Assembly (NCBI RefSeq): GCF_001194135.2
Contig: NC_069001.1
Location: 29,158,707 to 29,222,142 of the forward strand
Source: Octopus bimaculoides
Lineage: Eukaryota
Length of the DNA: 63,436 bases
Direction: 5' to 3'
Numbering within the stretch: position 1 is the first letter of the stretch; the number at the start of each line of letters is the position of its first letter. The notes under the pieces are model-generated. The model searched no databases. It saw only the letters and a list, made by a program, of their open reading frames with translations, and was not told where the DNA came from. Of the stretch, positions 13,988 through 26,404 are shown in pieces. The translations under genes were made by a program, and so were the position numbers.

Positions 13988-14070
13988 CAGCCAACAATTC
14001 GTTTCGAATTATATACATTCTTTAATATACAAACAAGTCAATTCCCTTGTATGAGCCTCATCAGAGCCAA
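13988..14070 (-). ncRNA. Minimal type I hammerhead ribozyme-like motif, core intact
   Basis: Minus: TTGGCT-CTGATGA-G(about 50 nt)C-GAAAC-GAATT-GTT-GGCTG. All core positions are canonical; stem I has 5 pairs including G-U wobbles. Confidence 0.55.
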
Positions 14071-14299
14071 TAGTTTGAAGGTAGACTAAAAGCCGTGTGA
14101 AAGGACGCTGGATTGAAAACAAATTGTATATATGTATTGTTACATATAGTTGTATATATGTATATGTGTGTGTGTGTGTGTGTATGCATCAAGCAAATGA
14201 AATCAAGTTTTAGCTGGTAATACTATCATATCGTAATCCAGGAGGGTCTACATATATATTTTTTTTTGGATTAAAACAATGCAACATTGTCACGGCTTC

Positions 14300-14525
14300 C
14301 GTGTTACCGCTCAAGAGCCAAAGAATATAAGTGAAACCTTCGAACGGGTGTTGCGTTGTGTTCTTGAGCAAATCACTTAACATCAGGTTTCTCTGCGATC
14401 ATTTCGTCATCTGATATATGTCACATGGTACATCTGTACGTGTAAAGTCGATCCAATGGAGTGGGAGTGGTTATGCGTTCACAGGTGTTTGATCACTATA
14501 AACAAATCACCTGTGTCTGAGCAGC
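14300..14525 (+). mobile_element. Degenerate tRNA-derived SINE (third family)
   Basis: GCGTTGTGTTCTTGAGCAAATCACTTAAC core shared with 61100-61345. Confidence 0.55.
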
Positions 14526-15649
14526 AAATTGCCGAACCGTCATACGACTTATAACGGCGGTATACATATTACATATATTAATATATCACTCTAATGACGC
14601 GACATAGATTATGAGCTTTAAAATATATTAGAGAATATAAGTAAAACTCCTAAAAAATGATCTCGCAAGATAATTGGAGTTTTGTAGAAGAATCAGAAAC
14701 TCTGTAATTTAATCTAGATATGTACTAAGTACAAGACGTACTGTATAAAAGCGTTGTATTGAACTAAAGCAATATTCGGTGAATCATTTCTTGAACTAAT
14801 AGCTCATTCGAAGTTGGCATAAGTAGAAAGTTGTTCCTCTATACAAAGATTTAATTTGACTTGATATCTATAAATTTCAAATCCAGCTCAATGTGTTAAG
14901 TTTAACAACCTAACAGAGTCACACCTGCATATTGTAATGTCGGAATAAAGGATGCTATCATAAGGCATCAACATTCTTACTTAAATCTGGTATTTTACAC
15001 ATAAGTGAGTATATCTTTCCCTTTTGTATTTTGCTTTCAGTCTCAAAAGCACGCGGAGAATTACAGCAGCCATATAAATCAGTTACATATATTGGTACGA
15101 CTTATTTTCTGAACACGTTCTGCTGATTTGGTCAGTTACTATCAGACGATCTCATTCCACGTGAATAAATGGTTGATTCGTGTAGACATAGAGAAACCGT
15201 GTATGATGAAAATCTGGCTATATATTTATGTTACTTTGAGACAATGGCACTTTAAGCATACACTGTCTTTCTCCCAGGAACGCCTGTCCTATTTTTTTTT
15301 TGTTAATTTATATTCTCATTAAAATTGCGACGATAAATAATACATATTCATATTGTTCATCGTATTTTACGAATAAAAAAAAATAATAATCACAAGGACA
15401 CACTCTTTGTAAACAATTGTTATTTAATAATGATTTTCTATCGTTTTAGAGACATCTGGCATTTTCATATTTCATGTACATATTTTGAAATGTTAAACGT
15501 CAAATTGGTGAAATTTCATTTATACTTACATTTAACTTTACATAAATCTTTGAAAATATCTCAGATGAAATTTCGCAAAGAAGTTGAAAAACCAATCTTT
15601 TATCAGCAATTATGATAGCAAATATTCTTTTCTTTTCTTTATCTTGGCA

Positions 15650-15838
15650 CATAGACCGAAATTTTGGGGGAGGGGGTCAGTCGATTAGATCGACCACAGT
15701 ACGCAACTGGTATGCAAATTATCGTCCCCGAAAGAATGAAGGGCAATATCGACCTCGGCGGAATTTGATCTCATATCGTAAAGACAAAGTACCGCTAAGC
15801 ATTTCACCGGACGTTACTGCCAGCTCGCCGCCTTTATA
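15650..15838 (-). mobile_element. SINE, second family (GGCGGCGAGCTGGCAG head)
   Basis: Minus strand starts GGCGGCGAGCTGGCAGTAACGTCCGGTGAAATGCTTAGCGGT; homologous to 17926-18125 and 23611-23845. Confidence 0.85.
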
Positions 15839-17063
15839 ACAGTAGATATTACTTAAGAAGAATTATGGTATGCCGACATCTATTATTTAAAGACTTCTGT
15901 CATTGATGATGTGATCATTATCATCACTACTACTACCACCACCAGTATCATCATTATCATCATCATTTTCCTGCTACCATTATAATTAACGTCATTTGAT
16001 CTTCACAATCATTATCCTCATTAGCAACTCGTATTTGAAATGATTGTTAAAATATATATTATAATAGGAATTACTATTAATATTTTTCTATTAAATATTT
16101 TTCTGTTCATAATGTTTATATAAGTTTATATTTGTGCATCGATGACTCATCACCGATTAATTATTTTGTTGATTTTATCCTACGCTACAATAACTGAACA
16201 GATTTTGCATTTGTAATCTTTTCGACATTTTTTTTTTGTCTATAATTGTTTTGCTCTTGGGATCAAATCAAATAATGTAACATTTCTTTATTTAAAGTTT
16301 AGTTAAATATATGAATGTATTAGTGCAAAGGCTGCTCCTTCTAGCAAATTTATTTCATTTAATTTGCCAAACAAAGTCAGATAATTTTGTTCCATTTCTC
16401 AAGCTGATGCATCTAAAACAGAAAACGTCTTTGCAATGTCTCATTTTATTCATGCATACTTACTGATCAGAATCGTGCGATATCGCAGGAATGTGTATTT
16501 CTTTTCAGCAAAATTATTCCAATATTTAGCATAAGAGATAATGGGATTCATCATTAATTATACGATGAATAGAGGACAATAATAATGGCTTTTTAAACAT
16601 CATATCCTCGGCGTTCTTTTTATGATTTTACTTCATGGCTTAACAGTTCTGTATATATCTGCGTAGACATAAATTCGTGTACTTATTTGGGAAGACATAT
16701 TTGTTATACCAACCTGCTAGACTGAACATTAAGTCAAACACGTATATGTGGCTATAAAATGGATTCCTTTAGAGAGTGATGTTTGAGGGATAAGCGAATT
16801 TATTTTCAGTAGATTTTCTAGTGTGACGTTAATTTGCATCAAGACTGCTTTATCTATTCCTATTTTCAGGAAATATTGAAATAATTTCTATATATCTTAA
16901 TCACTGGCGTGGCTAGAAGTTTACTTCTCAACCATATGATTCTAAGTTCACTTTCTGGCACCGCGAGGAAGTGATTTTACTATAGTCTCCTTAGAAGCCT
17001 TGTTAGAGGATTTGGTAGACGGAATCCACTAGATACAGTGGATATATATACACAGAAATATAG

Positions 17064-17115
<52 letters not shown>

Positions 17116-17169
17116 GCGTGTGTGTATGTGTGTGTACAAGTATTGGTGTCTATATTTGTATACATATAT

Positions 17170-17312
17170 ACGACGGGCTTCTTTCACTTTCCGTCTACCA
17201 AATCCACTCACAAGGCTTGGTCGACCCGAACCTATAGTAGAAAACACTTGCTCAAGTTGCCACACAGTGGGATTGAACCCGGATCCATGTGGTTGGTAAG
17301 CTCCTGCGCCTG
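17170..17312 (-). mobile_element. OR-like SINE 5' half
   Basis: Minus: ...TTACCAACCACATGGATCCGGGTTCAATCCCACTGTGTGGCAACTTGAGCAAGTGTTTTCTACTATAGG...GGATTTGGTAGACGGAAAGTGAAAGAAGCCCGTCG. Confidence 0.9.
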
Positions 17313-17925
17313 TAAATAATGCTCTGAATGTGTTGCTATGTCACTTCCTTGTTTTACTGCCTTTCTGACATTATTATAGTATTTGAATAAATTTCGTCAA
17401 TCTCAACTTCATTTGCGTTATGTTGTCTAAGTTCAGGTGTCATGAGAATTTCTTCGTGGTCATTAAGAAAGCTGGAAGATAATTTCTATTCAACTATATT
17501 TTGGATTGCGTGTATACTTTCACAATAATTGTGACATAGGTATCAGTGACGAAACAAGTATGTATAAGAGAGATCATTTATGTTTCATTTCCTAAACGCT
17601 ATAGCTATTTGTAATATTCGAGGTATTAAAATAAGAATTTCATAGTAAAATATGTCACGTATGAAACATTAACAAGTCTGTAGATAACAAAGATGACCTT
17701 AAATATTCGTATGCACGTTACTATAGACATGCAACTGTAATGAAATGAATTATGGATACAGCAACATCCAAAAGTACATTATATGTATTATATATGATTC
17801 AATATTTCATATGCTGCATAATTATAGGATACGAAGTGAATGGAATTATTAAGACATACAGAGAATAGCATGGACACACACAAACACATAAGAATACATA
17901 GTTGTTACAATATTTATATATACAA

Positions 17926-18125
17926 AGGCGGCGAGCTAGCAGAAATGTTAGCGCGCTTGGCGAAATGCTTAGCGGTATTTCGTCTGTTTTAAGTTCTGAG
18001 TTCAAATCCCACCAAGGCCAATTATGACTTTCATCCTTTCGAGGTCGATAAATTAAGAACCAGTCGATCTAATCAACTGGTCCCCTTCCCCAAATTTGGG
18101 TCCTTGTGCTTAGAGGAGAAAAGAA
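17926..18125 (+). mobile_element. SINE, second family
   Basis: GGCGGCGAGCTAGCAGAAATGTTAGC...GAGTTCAAATCCC...TTTCATCCTTTCGAGGTCGATAAATTAAG. Confidence 0.9.
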
Positions 18126-18173
18126 TATGTACATACACATGAGCAGATACACACACATATATAAATATGTTGA

Positions 18174-18206
<33 letters not shown>

Positions 18207-18306
18207 NNNNNNNNNNNNNNNNNNNNNNNNNNNNNNNNNNNNNNNNNNNNNNNNNNNNNNNNNNNNNNNNNNNNNNNNNNNNNNNNNNNNNNNNNNNNNN
18301 NNNNNN
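18207..18306. other. Assembly gap flanked by (TA)n
   Basis: Seen directly. Confidence 0.99.
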
Positions 18307-18331
18307 TGTATGTATGTGTATATATATATAT

Positions 18332-19162
18332 AAATAGTTTAATAATTTAGAGAACCACCATGGTGCAACTCGCACAAAGAAGATCAGACACCATCAAGAA
18401 GTGTACTATACAAAACTAGTTTAAAAAATCCCTTCTCCGTTCACGCCATGCTGTCTCGTATGTCATGTGTTTTAGTTCTAAACGGCAGTTTGACATTTGT
18501 GATCAAACGGTGGGCGCCATTTTGTCACGTGATACACATAGTATATCTTTCTTTGCCTTTGGATATACCTCGGTCAACCAAGTTTCTCCGTTAAGTTAAG
18601 TGATGTTGCTTTTTTTTATCCTTATATTCTTGTACGTTTCTTTCCCTCTTTACTAGCCAATCACACTTTCATCATATATGTTTTCTTTTTCTAATCTACT
18701 GATGTTATCTCACGAATTGACGGTTTATGCCTTAAATTTGATACATATTTATTGCTATTTGATGTGTTTTATTATAAAACCTTGACAATTTCATTTGTAC
18801 TAAATGTTGCTTAAACGGACAGATTTTTATATTTTCTTTATTTTATGCATTTTCAAATTTAAAATACGTGTTTTGAAGTTAGCGGACCTGAAAAGTGTCC
18901 TCATATCGGGTGGTATTTATTTTCTTGGATTCATTGCATATTGACCAGATATTTCCCACCGTTATGTGGCCATGAAACGCGCCTAGTCTTTCTCTCACTT
19001 TCGTTTCTTAAACGTAACCGATTTTATATCATTAGTTCTCCCTTCAATTTTTTTTTAGATTTTTAACTAGTTTTGTATAGTACACTTTTCTTGATGGTGT
19101 CTGATCTCCTTCTCCGTGCTAGTTGCCCCATGGTGGTTCTTGTTTAAATTATTAAAATATTT
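18332..19162. mobile_element. About 830 bp element bounded by ~100 bp imperfect inverted repeats (MITE-like, or Penelope-like end with inverted duplication)
   Basis: 18351 AGAACCACCATGGTGCAACTCGCAC...GATCAGACACCATCAAGAAGTGTACTATACAAAACTAGTT is the reverse complement, with a few indels, of 19058-19140. Confidence 0.75.
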
Positions 19163-20546
19163 GTCAATATACAACTCAATTTGATATTAACAAATTGCAT
19201 TTCCTTGCTTTCCGCTTGTGTGTGTGTGTTTTTATGTGTGCGTGTGTGTTAATGAGACAGAGAGAGATTTTCAGCTGGTATCAGCATAGGATTAGCGTTA
19301 TTCCATTTATTGACCACGGAAAATGTGATCACGCCATATTTATTTCAACGCTGATTGGCTTCGGATAGTTGTTTTGGATTCGTTTTAGGCAATTCACCTA
19401 AAAATGATGCAGTTTACTTGTGGTTCAGTGAAATGAAGAAATGCATAAAGTTAGAGCTGGTGATGACATGAAATAAAGAATTCACAACGTTGATTCTTTT
19501 CCAGCTCTTTTGGCATCAATATTTCTGTATTTTTGCTTTACATTCCAATATGAAACAAATTCGTTTCTCTTTCCATAGTCAATGATTTATTCCATTGTTC
19601 ATGCTAAAGTACATTATATCCGGATTCCTGTGGAAAGGAGATGAAAGTTTGCGGTATTTCTCAGCGACAAATCTCTCAATCGCATAAGAAAGTTTATGAA
19701 AACGCACTTCAATTCGCATGCAAGTCCACGGCTCCGGAAAATAAATGTCTACTAAATATAATGTGTGTTACGCGGCTTTTCGTTGTAGTTTGGATTCAAA
19801 GAATAAGCTTTACCGACTTTACAGTATCATAACATTAATTCAACTACTAATAAATCACCTTAAAATACACGATGAAATCATAGCGCTTAGTCTATTCAGT
19901 AGAGCTAAACCGCTGCGCTTCAAATTACTACGTCAAATTCTTCACAGTTAAACGCTTGCTCATTACAACATAGTTACAGATTATGAAATATAAAGAACTA
20001 CGTTATACTTTTTTGCTTTATCGCAAGAGTGACAACGTCCAAATCAAAATATCTCCTGTAATGAAACTATATGCGTAGAGAATATTTCAAGGAAACATAA
20101 AGAGAAACGTTGCTACATTGAGATACAAATATATATAACGAGATTATACAAGTTATGTAATTTTTGTGACACGTATTACGAAATGAATGCTTTCCTGAAA
20201 TAATGCCATTCAGATATAATCGCTGCACATATCACTCTCTCTATGACAAACACGGTTTAACTCCAATGCATAAATTATATTACTTATGCTACAGTGCACA
20301 ATTTCTTAGAAAATCTCTTCAGTTGATATATACCACACAAGTTCGCATAGTAAATTGCAATACGAGATTAGTGGATATTCCTGGCATAGGTCAGGGTCGA
20401 ATTGGCAGAAATTTTGAGAGCATTTTACTAGTTGCCAGCAGGACTAGGTAGCAAGAAGCTCGCTTAAACACTACACGGTTCCAGGTTCAACGCCAGTACA
20501 TTTAACCTTGATCAAGTGACTTCTACCGTCTCATGCCGAACAATGA

Positions 20547-20591
<45 letters not shown>

Positions 20592-20981
20592 CTATCTACA
20601 TGTTTGTGGGCTTATGTGTGTGTGTGTGTGTCTGTGCGTGCGTGTATAATAGCATTAGTAATAAGGAGAATGGAGACTTGCACATCGATCACTCATCTCC
20701 AGGCATGGAACACTGTTTTACGTCAAACATTCAATTGTTTTCTCCTGTCTTTGTTTTCGATGCCATGTTTGTTTATAAACCTGTTACAAACAAACAAAAC
20801 AACAGACACATGAGCAAAATCTTTACGTAAAACGCTGATAATATTACTTGAACATATATTTAGTAGCAACACATTTAAACATGGATAAATCTATCTGGAC
20901 ACCCTGTACAAATGTATGCACACAGTGAAATATTAGAATGCTGCAAAGCATACATTTGTGACAAATATATACCAATGGTAT

Positions 20982-21017
<36 letters not shown>

Positions 21018-21679
21018 GTACGTATCTTTGTCCCCTCCCAAAGGTCTTCGAACAAAGGCCTTGACCGCAATATGTTTTAGCTTCGTCAGTTCAATTATCG
21101 TCGTCCTTTGACAGTACGTACATATATAATCACCTGTTCTCTTCGTTAAAACTATTTAATGAGAGAAAACTTTGGACTAATGCATAAAATAAGTGCCCTG
21201 GGAAGTTTTCGAGACAACAATGAAGAAGGAGGCGTTTTAAATGTTTTAATTAGTATTTCTCTGTGTTTTGAATTTACTAATTTGATCTATTCTATTAAAT
21301 TCTCATTAAAAACTGGAAAAAATATACAGAAAACACTGTAAATGTGTATTTTTAATTATATGTGTTTGCTTATGTGTGTTCTGGTGAAAAGATGAAAAGT
21401 GGAGTGTCCAATTAGAATATTTGCAAGTGTAGATCCGCATAATAATATGTTTGAATGTGTGACTTCGAATCTTAAGACGTCTGAGGTAAGATCTGGCGCT
21501 GTTAAAGTAGTTCGTGATTAGAAATAAGGTAAATAAGAACGAAGCAAAATAACTTAACGTATATATCAAATGTCAACTTAAGAAATCATACTAATGTGTA
21601 TCGAAAAAAAATAGATAGAAACACACACAAGCACTCACACGGATGTGTATTTATGTATTTACATGTATGAGTGTATGTT

Positions 21680-21728
<49 letters not shown>

Positions 21729-22515
21729 NNNNNNNNNNNNNNNNNNNNNNNNNNNNNNNNNNNNNNNNNNNNNNNNNNNNNNNNNNNNNNNNNNNNNNNN
21801 NNNNNNNNNNNNNNNNNNNNNNNNNNNNNNNNNNNNNNNNNNNNNNNNNNNNNNNNNNNNNNNNNNNNNNNNNNNNNNNNNNNNNNNNNNNNNNNNNNNN
21901 NNNNNNNNNNNNNNNNNNNNNNNNNNNNNNNNNNNNNNNNNNNNNNNNNNNNNNNNNNNNNNNNNNNNNNNNNNNNNNNNNNNNNNNNNNNNNNNNNNNN
22001 NNNNNNNNNNNNNNNNNNNNNNNNNNNNNNNNNNNNNNNNNNNNNNNNNNNNNNNNNNNNNNNNNNNNNNNNNNNNNNNNNNNNNNNNNNNNNNNNNNNN
22101 NNNNNNNNNNNNNNNNNNNNNNNNNNNNNNNNNNNNNNNNNNNNNNNNNNNNNNNNNNNNNNNNNNNNNNNNNNNNNNNNNNNNNNNNNNNNNNNNNNNN
22201 NNNNNNNNNNNNNNNNNNNNNNNNNNNNNNNNNNNNNNNNNNNNNNNNNNNNNNNNNNNNNNNNNNNNNNNNNNNNNNNNNNNNNNNNNNNNNNNNNNNN
22301 NNNNNNNNNNNNNNNNNNNNNNNNNNNNNNNNNNNNNNNNNNNNNNNNNNNNNNNNNNNNNNNNNNNNNNNNNNNNNNNNNNNNNNNNNNNNNNNNNNNN
22401 NNNNNNNNNNNNNNNNNNNNNNNNNNNNNNNNNNNNNNNNNNNNNNNNNNNNNNNNNNNNNNNNNNNNNNNNNNNNNNNNNNNNNNNNNNNNNNNNNNNN
22501 NNNNNNNNNNNNNNN
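21729..22515. other. Assembly gap flanked by (TA)n
   Basis: Seen directly. Confidence 0.99.
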
Positions 22516-22592
22516 ATATATATATATGCGTATTTATTTATATGTATATATATGGATATAGACATACATACATCCACACACAAACACGCACG

Positions 22593-22651
<59 letters not shown>

Positions 22652-23610
22652 ATGCCTCACTTACTTTGAAACATACACACTATACAGACACATATTGATT
22701 ATATTACTTGCTTTATGCATGACTAAAAATATATTTAACAGAATTCAAAGTATAATTTCGAATACGAACTTCAAAAAGAAATTTAGTTATTGATTTCTGA
22801 CTTAAATTCATATTACTTTCCTAATAAAATATTAATGGCTACACAAACACGCACACACACAAATACCCCGCATACACACATATGCTCATACCTGTATATA
22901 AATAGAGAGAAATATATAGATATCAATATACATGGATACACGTATATATATATATACGTGTGCGTTTGTGCGTGTGTGTGTGTCTATATATATATGTGTG
23001 TGTGTTTTGTAATTCATACAACTATTAACATACACGCATATAAATCTAGGTACACACGCGTGCCCCCGTGAGCGCCCGCGCGCGCACACACACACGCGCG
23101 CAAACTATTTACTTATGCAGATATTTTCAAATATCAATACTTTGATACTGTTTTACTTATTACATGGGTTAAACATTTTGAATGTATACATTCTCATATT
23201 TATGCTCTTGCTAATTATCCAAGGGTATAAAGTTTATTGAAATCGTTTTTACTTTGAACAAACTGTAGATCACGCTACTGGATAATATCAGCGATGTATT
23301 TCGTTATTATACCTGAATGATCGTTAATAAAAGACCCTCTAAAATAATAGACTTATCTTGTTTTACTCTCTATTACCCATCTACAACTGCATCGTTGTAC
23401 GAAAGGAATAAATTATGAAGTAAATTTCTTCTTACTGAACGAATAAGATATAGAGATTCATTCGTAATTCGAAATATAAGCGAGATCATCATGATGTTTT
23501 CTCTAAAAAATTTGATCAAAACGATCGGTTTAATGAATGAGTGTTAAGAAAAAAAAAAACTCATCTCACCGACTCTGACATGACTTTATTAACGATATGT
23601 AGACCAACAT

Positions 23611-23845
23611 GTCGGCGAGCTGGCAGAAACATTAGCACGCCAGGCGAAATGCTTAGCGGTATTTCGTCTGCCGTTACGTTCTTAGTTCAAATTCCGCCGA
23701 GGTCGACTTTGCCTTTCGTCCCTTGGGATCGATTAAATAAGTACCATTTACGCACTGGCGTCGATGTGATCGACTTAATCTCATTGCCTGTCCTCGTTTG
23801 TCCCCTCTACGTTTAGCCCCCCTGTGGGCAATAAGAAATATATAA
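23611..23845 (+). mobile_element. SINE, second family, well preserved
   Basis: GGCGAGCTGGCAGAAACATTAGCACGCCAGGCGAAATGCTTAGCGG...AGTTCAAATTCCGCCGAGGTCGACTTTGCCTTTCGTCCC...; A-rich end. Confidence 0.9.
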
Positions 23846-23989
23846 GGACATGTAGACCAACGGTGGCAAGTAAGACTCACTCCACCAAAATTTCAATTTA
23901 AACTTTGAATTCATAGTTACGGTGATAACGCCTAAAAGGCAGTACTTTTCTCCACTCACCAAAGTGAATAAAATGTTAACCAGGAGGAA

Positions 23990-24240
23990 AGGATGCCATC
24001 AGACGGTATCCAACGATTATCAGGTGTTTCGACCCTGACCTGTAACAAACTTAACCTATTCGGGCATGAACGAAGCACAAGTCCTGGTAAGGTTGTTTAT
24101 GGAAAACTACCAGTCGCCCATGTATACCAGTCTCCCCTTTCTGTGCCACCGATGTTAACCAAGGGTAAGATAAAAACCGATACTGCTTGGTCCTAATAAC
24201 GTCACAACTCATTTGTAAAGATGAGTGGACTCGAGTAACT
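23990..24240 (-). mobile_element. SINE 3' portion (degenerate)
   Basis: Minus: CCCTTGGTTAACATCGGTGGCACAGAAAGGGGAGACTGGTATACATGGGCGACTGG..., recalled as an octopus SINE tail; starts at CCAGTTACTCGAGTCCACTC (cf. CCAGTCCACTC at ~61220). Confidence 0.5.
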
Positions 24241-25974
24241 GGAGAAAATTCGGAAAATCAGGGTCTATATCTATCATTCATATTTTGTTGCTGATAACGA
24301 AAATTTATGTTCAATCCTTTCATTGAGATATAGAATAGTATAGCTAGGTCTGCATTAAACTAGGTTATGCTCGTTTTCTTATTCGTTGAGATACATTGAG
24401 ACATCTACGTGGACAAATGTGTAGGCAAATTTAATATGGTTTTATCAATGAAGATTTTGAAATTAGAATATATGGCATCAACATTCAAATACTTAATGAC
24501 CCATAACAATATAATTAAAATACTTCGTTTCCTTGTATCCTGTTGTTGCAAAACTATTACTCAAATTAAAAAAAAAAACAAAAAAACATGCAACTTTATA
24601 CCAAGAGCACTAATACGTCTTTGAGGTAGACGGCTGGATAGAAAGAGTTAATTAAGAGAAAATACCTATCCTAAATTAATGCGATATGAATTAACTTCAA
24701 TTTAATTGCAGAATTAACAAATGATACAGAATGAGAATTATATAATGTGTCTCGTAAGTTAGGTACTAAGCTACCACGGAGAACGTTACATTAGCCAATT
24801 ATACTATCATGCTTCATTCTGTTGAAATGGAAAACATTTTGCATATGTGTGCAATAAATATTTAGCAATGCAAACAATACTACGTTTGAAAAAGTTATTC
24901 GTGAATTCCCATTTGTAATGAATTCTTTCTTTCGAAAGACAAAAGTAACTAATTGTTTCTTCTATGTGTTTTTCTTCTTCATTAAGTGGTATGGATGAGA
25001 TGAAATATTTAAACAAACACAGCAGGGAATAATGAGAATATAATTACTAGATAAAAACAAGAAACGTGCCTATAATGCTCGTGTTTAGCAACGTGACTAC
25101 ACATCATATAATTACATAATATTGAGTTGTTTTTCGTACAAATACATAATTTCGTAAGCAAATACAAATATTTTCAGTTTAGTAACATGTAAATAATTTA
25201 TAGGAATGACAATGCAATAAGCCGAGGAGAATTATTACAGATTCTAAAGAAAGGAGAAGAAAAAGAGTCAATAATTTGTATATGTACACATATTCAGAAA
25301 GCAAATATTGTTAACTATATTGAATATGTACAACATCGCTTGTACATAAACCGTTAGGGATTGAGCGATAGCGTCAAATCACTATGGTAAGAAATGGTCG
25401 GACCTTCTGTATACAAGAGCGTATGCGTTTGTGTGTATGTCTGTGTGTTTATGTGTGTGTGCATGTACGAAACTGCAGGATTTGTTGTGTATATAAACAT
25501 ATTGGTTGTTATTATCTCTTTATAAATATATGTAATGTATCACACCATGACACTATGTGGACGGAGGATCCCTCTAAGCTGATCTTTGAAATTTGAATTA
25601 ACAGTTAGAATTTACCCCCCCCCCCATTAGTAGTTCAGGTCGATCTATAAACATACATAGGTTACCTAATTTCTCTATGATTCGTAAAGCGATGTAGATG
25701 ATTCTATTGAAACAGCTATAACGGACTATAACCAATAAGGCAGTTAATCATTTAATCAACATATGAACAAATAAATAGTTAAATTTGCCCCAATTTCATG
25801 CCTCCTACATAGCTTATATATATGTACATACATATACAGGAAATCCTTCTTTTTTCTGTCGAGGGCTTATATGCCCCCTTATTAGAATATTTTCCCAAAT
25901 CATTGCACGGTGCTCGCCATAAGCATTAAGCTTATATAAAAATACCAATATTATTATTTACTGGATTGTAAACT

Positions 25975-26150
25975 CGGCGCTGTATAAGAAACAATTTGCA
26001 CCGAAATATACGCATACAGGGATGCCGATTCAATCCCACACGTGCTACCTTGGGCACGTGTCTTCTGCCATATTGTGGCGTCGACCGGCGAGTTGTAATC
26101 GGATTTGATAGACTGGTAGACGGAAAACTGAAAGAAGCTCCTTGTATACA
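25975..26150 (+). mobile_element. OR-like SINE 5' half
   Basis: CGATTCAATCCCACACGTGCTACCTTGGGCACGTGTCTTCTG...GGTAGACGGAAAACTGAAAGAAGCTCC. Confidence 0.8.
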
Positions 26151-26370
26151 AAAATATATATATATAAGGAAAATAAGACAAGGTAGCCACTTCAAGTAGC
26201 CAATATCAAGTGGAGGAAAGTTTGGGTCAGTGAGATGATAGAAAGTATCTGCATGTGTTTGTGTGTAAGTGAATAATTCGGCGGTAAATAATAAATAAGA
26301 TTTAACGTGAGAAAACACAGAGATCGTGTTAGTGTTGATAAAGATTATTTAATACATTACGATATGTATA

Positions 26371-26404
26371 GAGTCGACCAGTTTCCTTTCGCTAATCAGG
26401 ACTC
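26371..26404 (-). ncRNA. Degenerate minimal hammerhead ribozyme-like motif
   Basis: Minus: GAGTC-CTGATTA-GCGAAAG-GAAAC-TG-GTC-GACTC. Perfect 5-bp stem I and GUC cleavage triplet; G8 is changed to U and one stem II C is missing. Confidence 0.5.

Noticed and set aside
16130-16660. Decayed coding remnant (minus)
   Set aside because: Two incompatible readings overlap: YLTLFGKLNEINLLEG (hAT Buster-like) and TKLSDFVWQIK (PLE GIY-YIG-like). It cannot be decided without tBLASTn.
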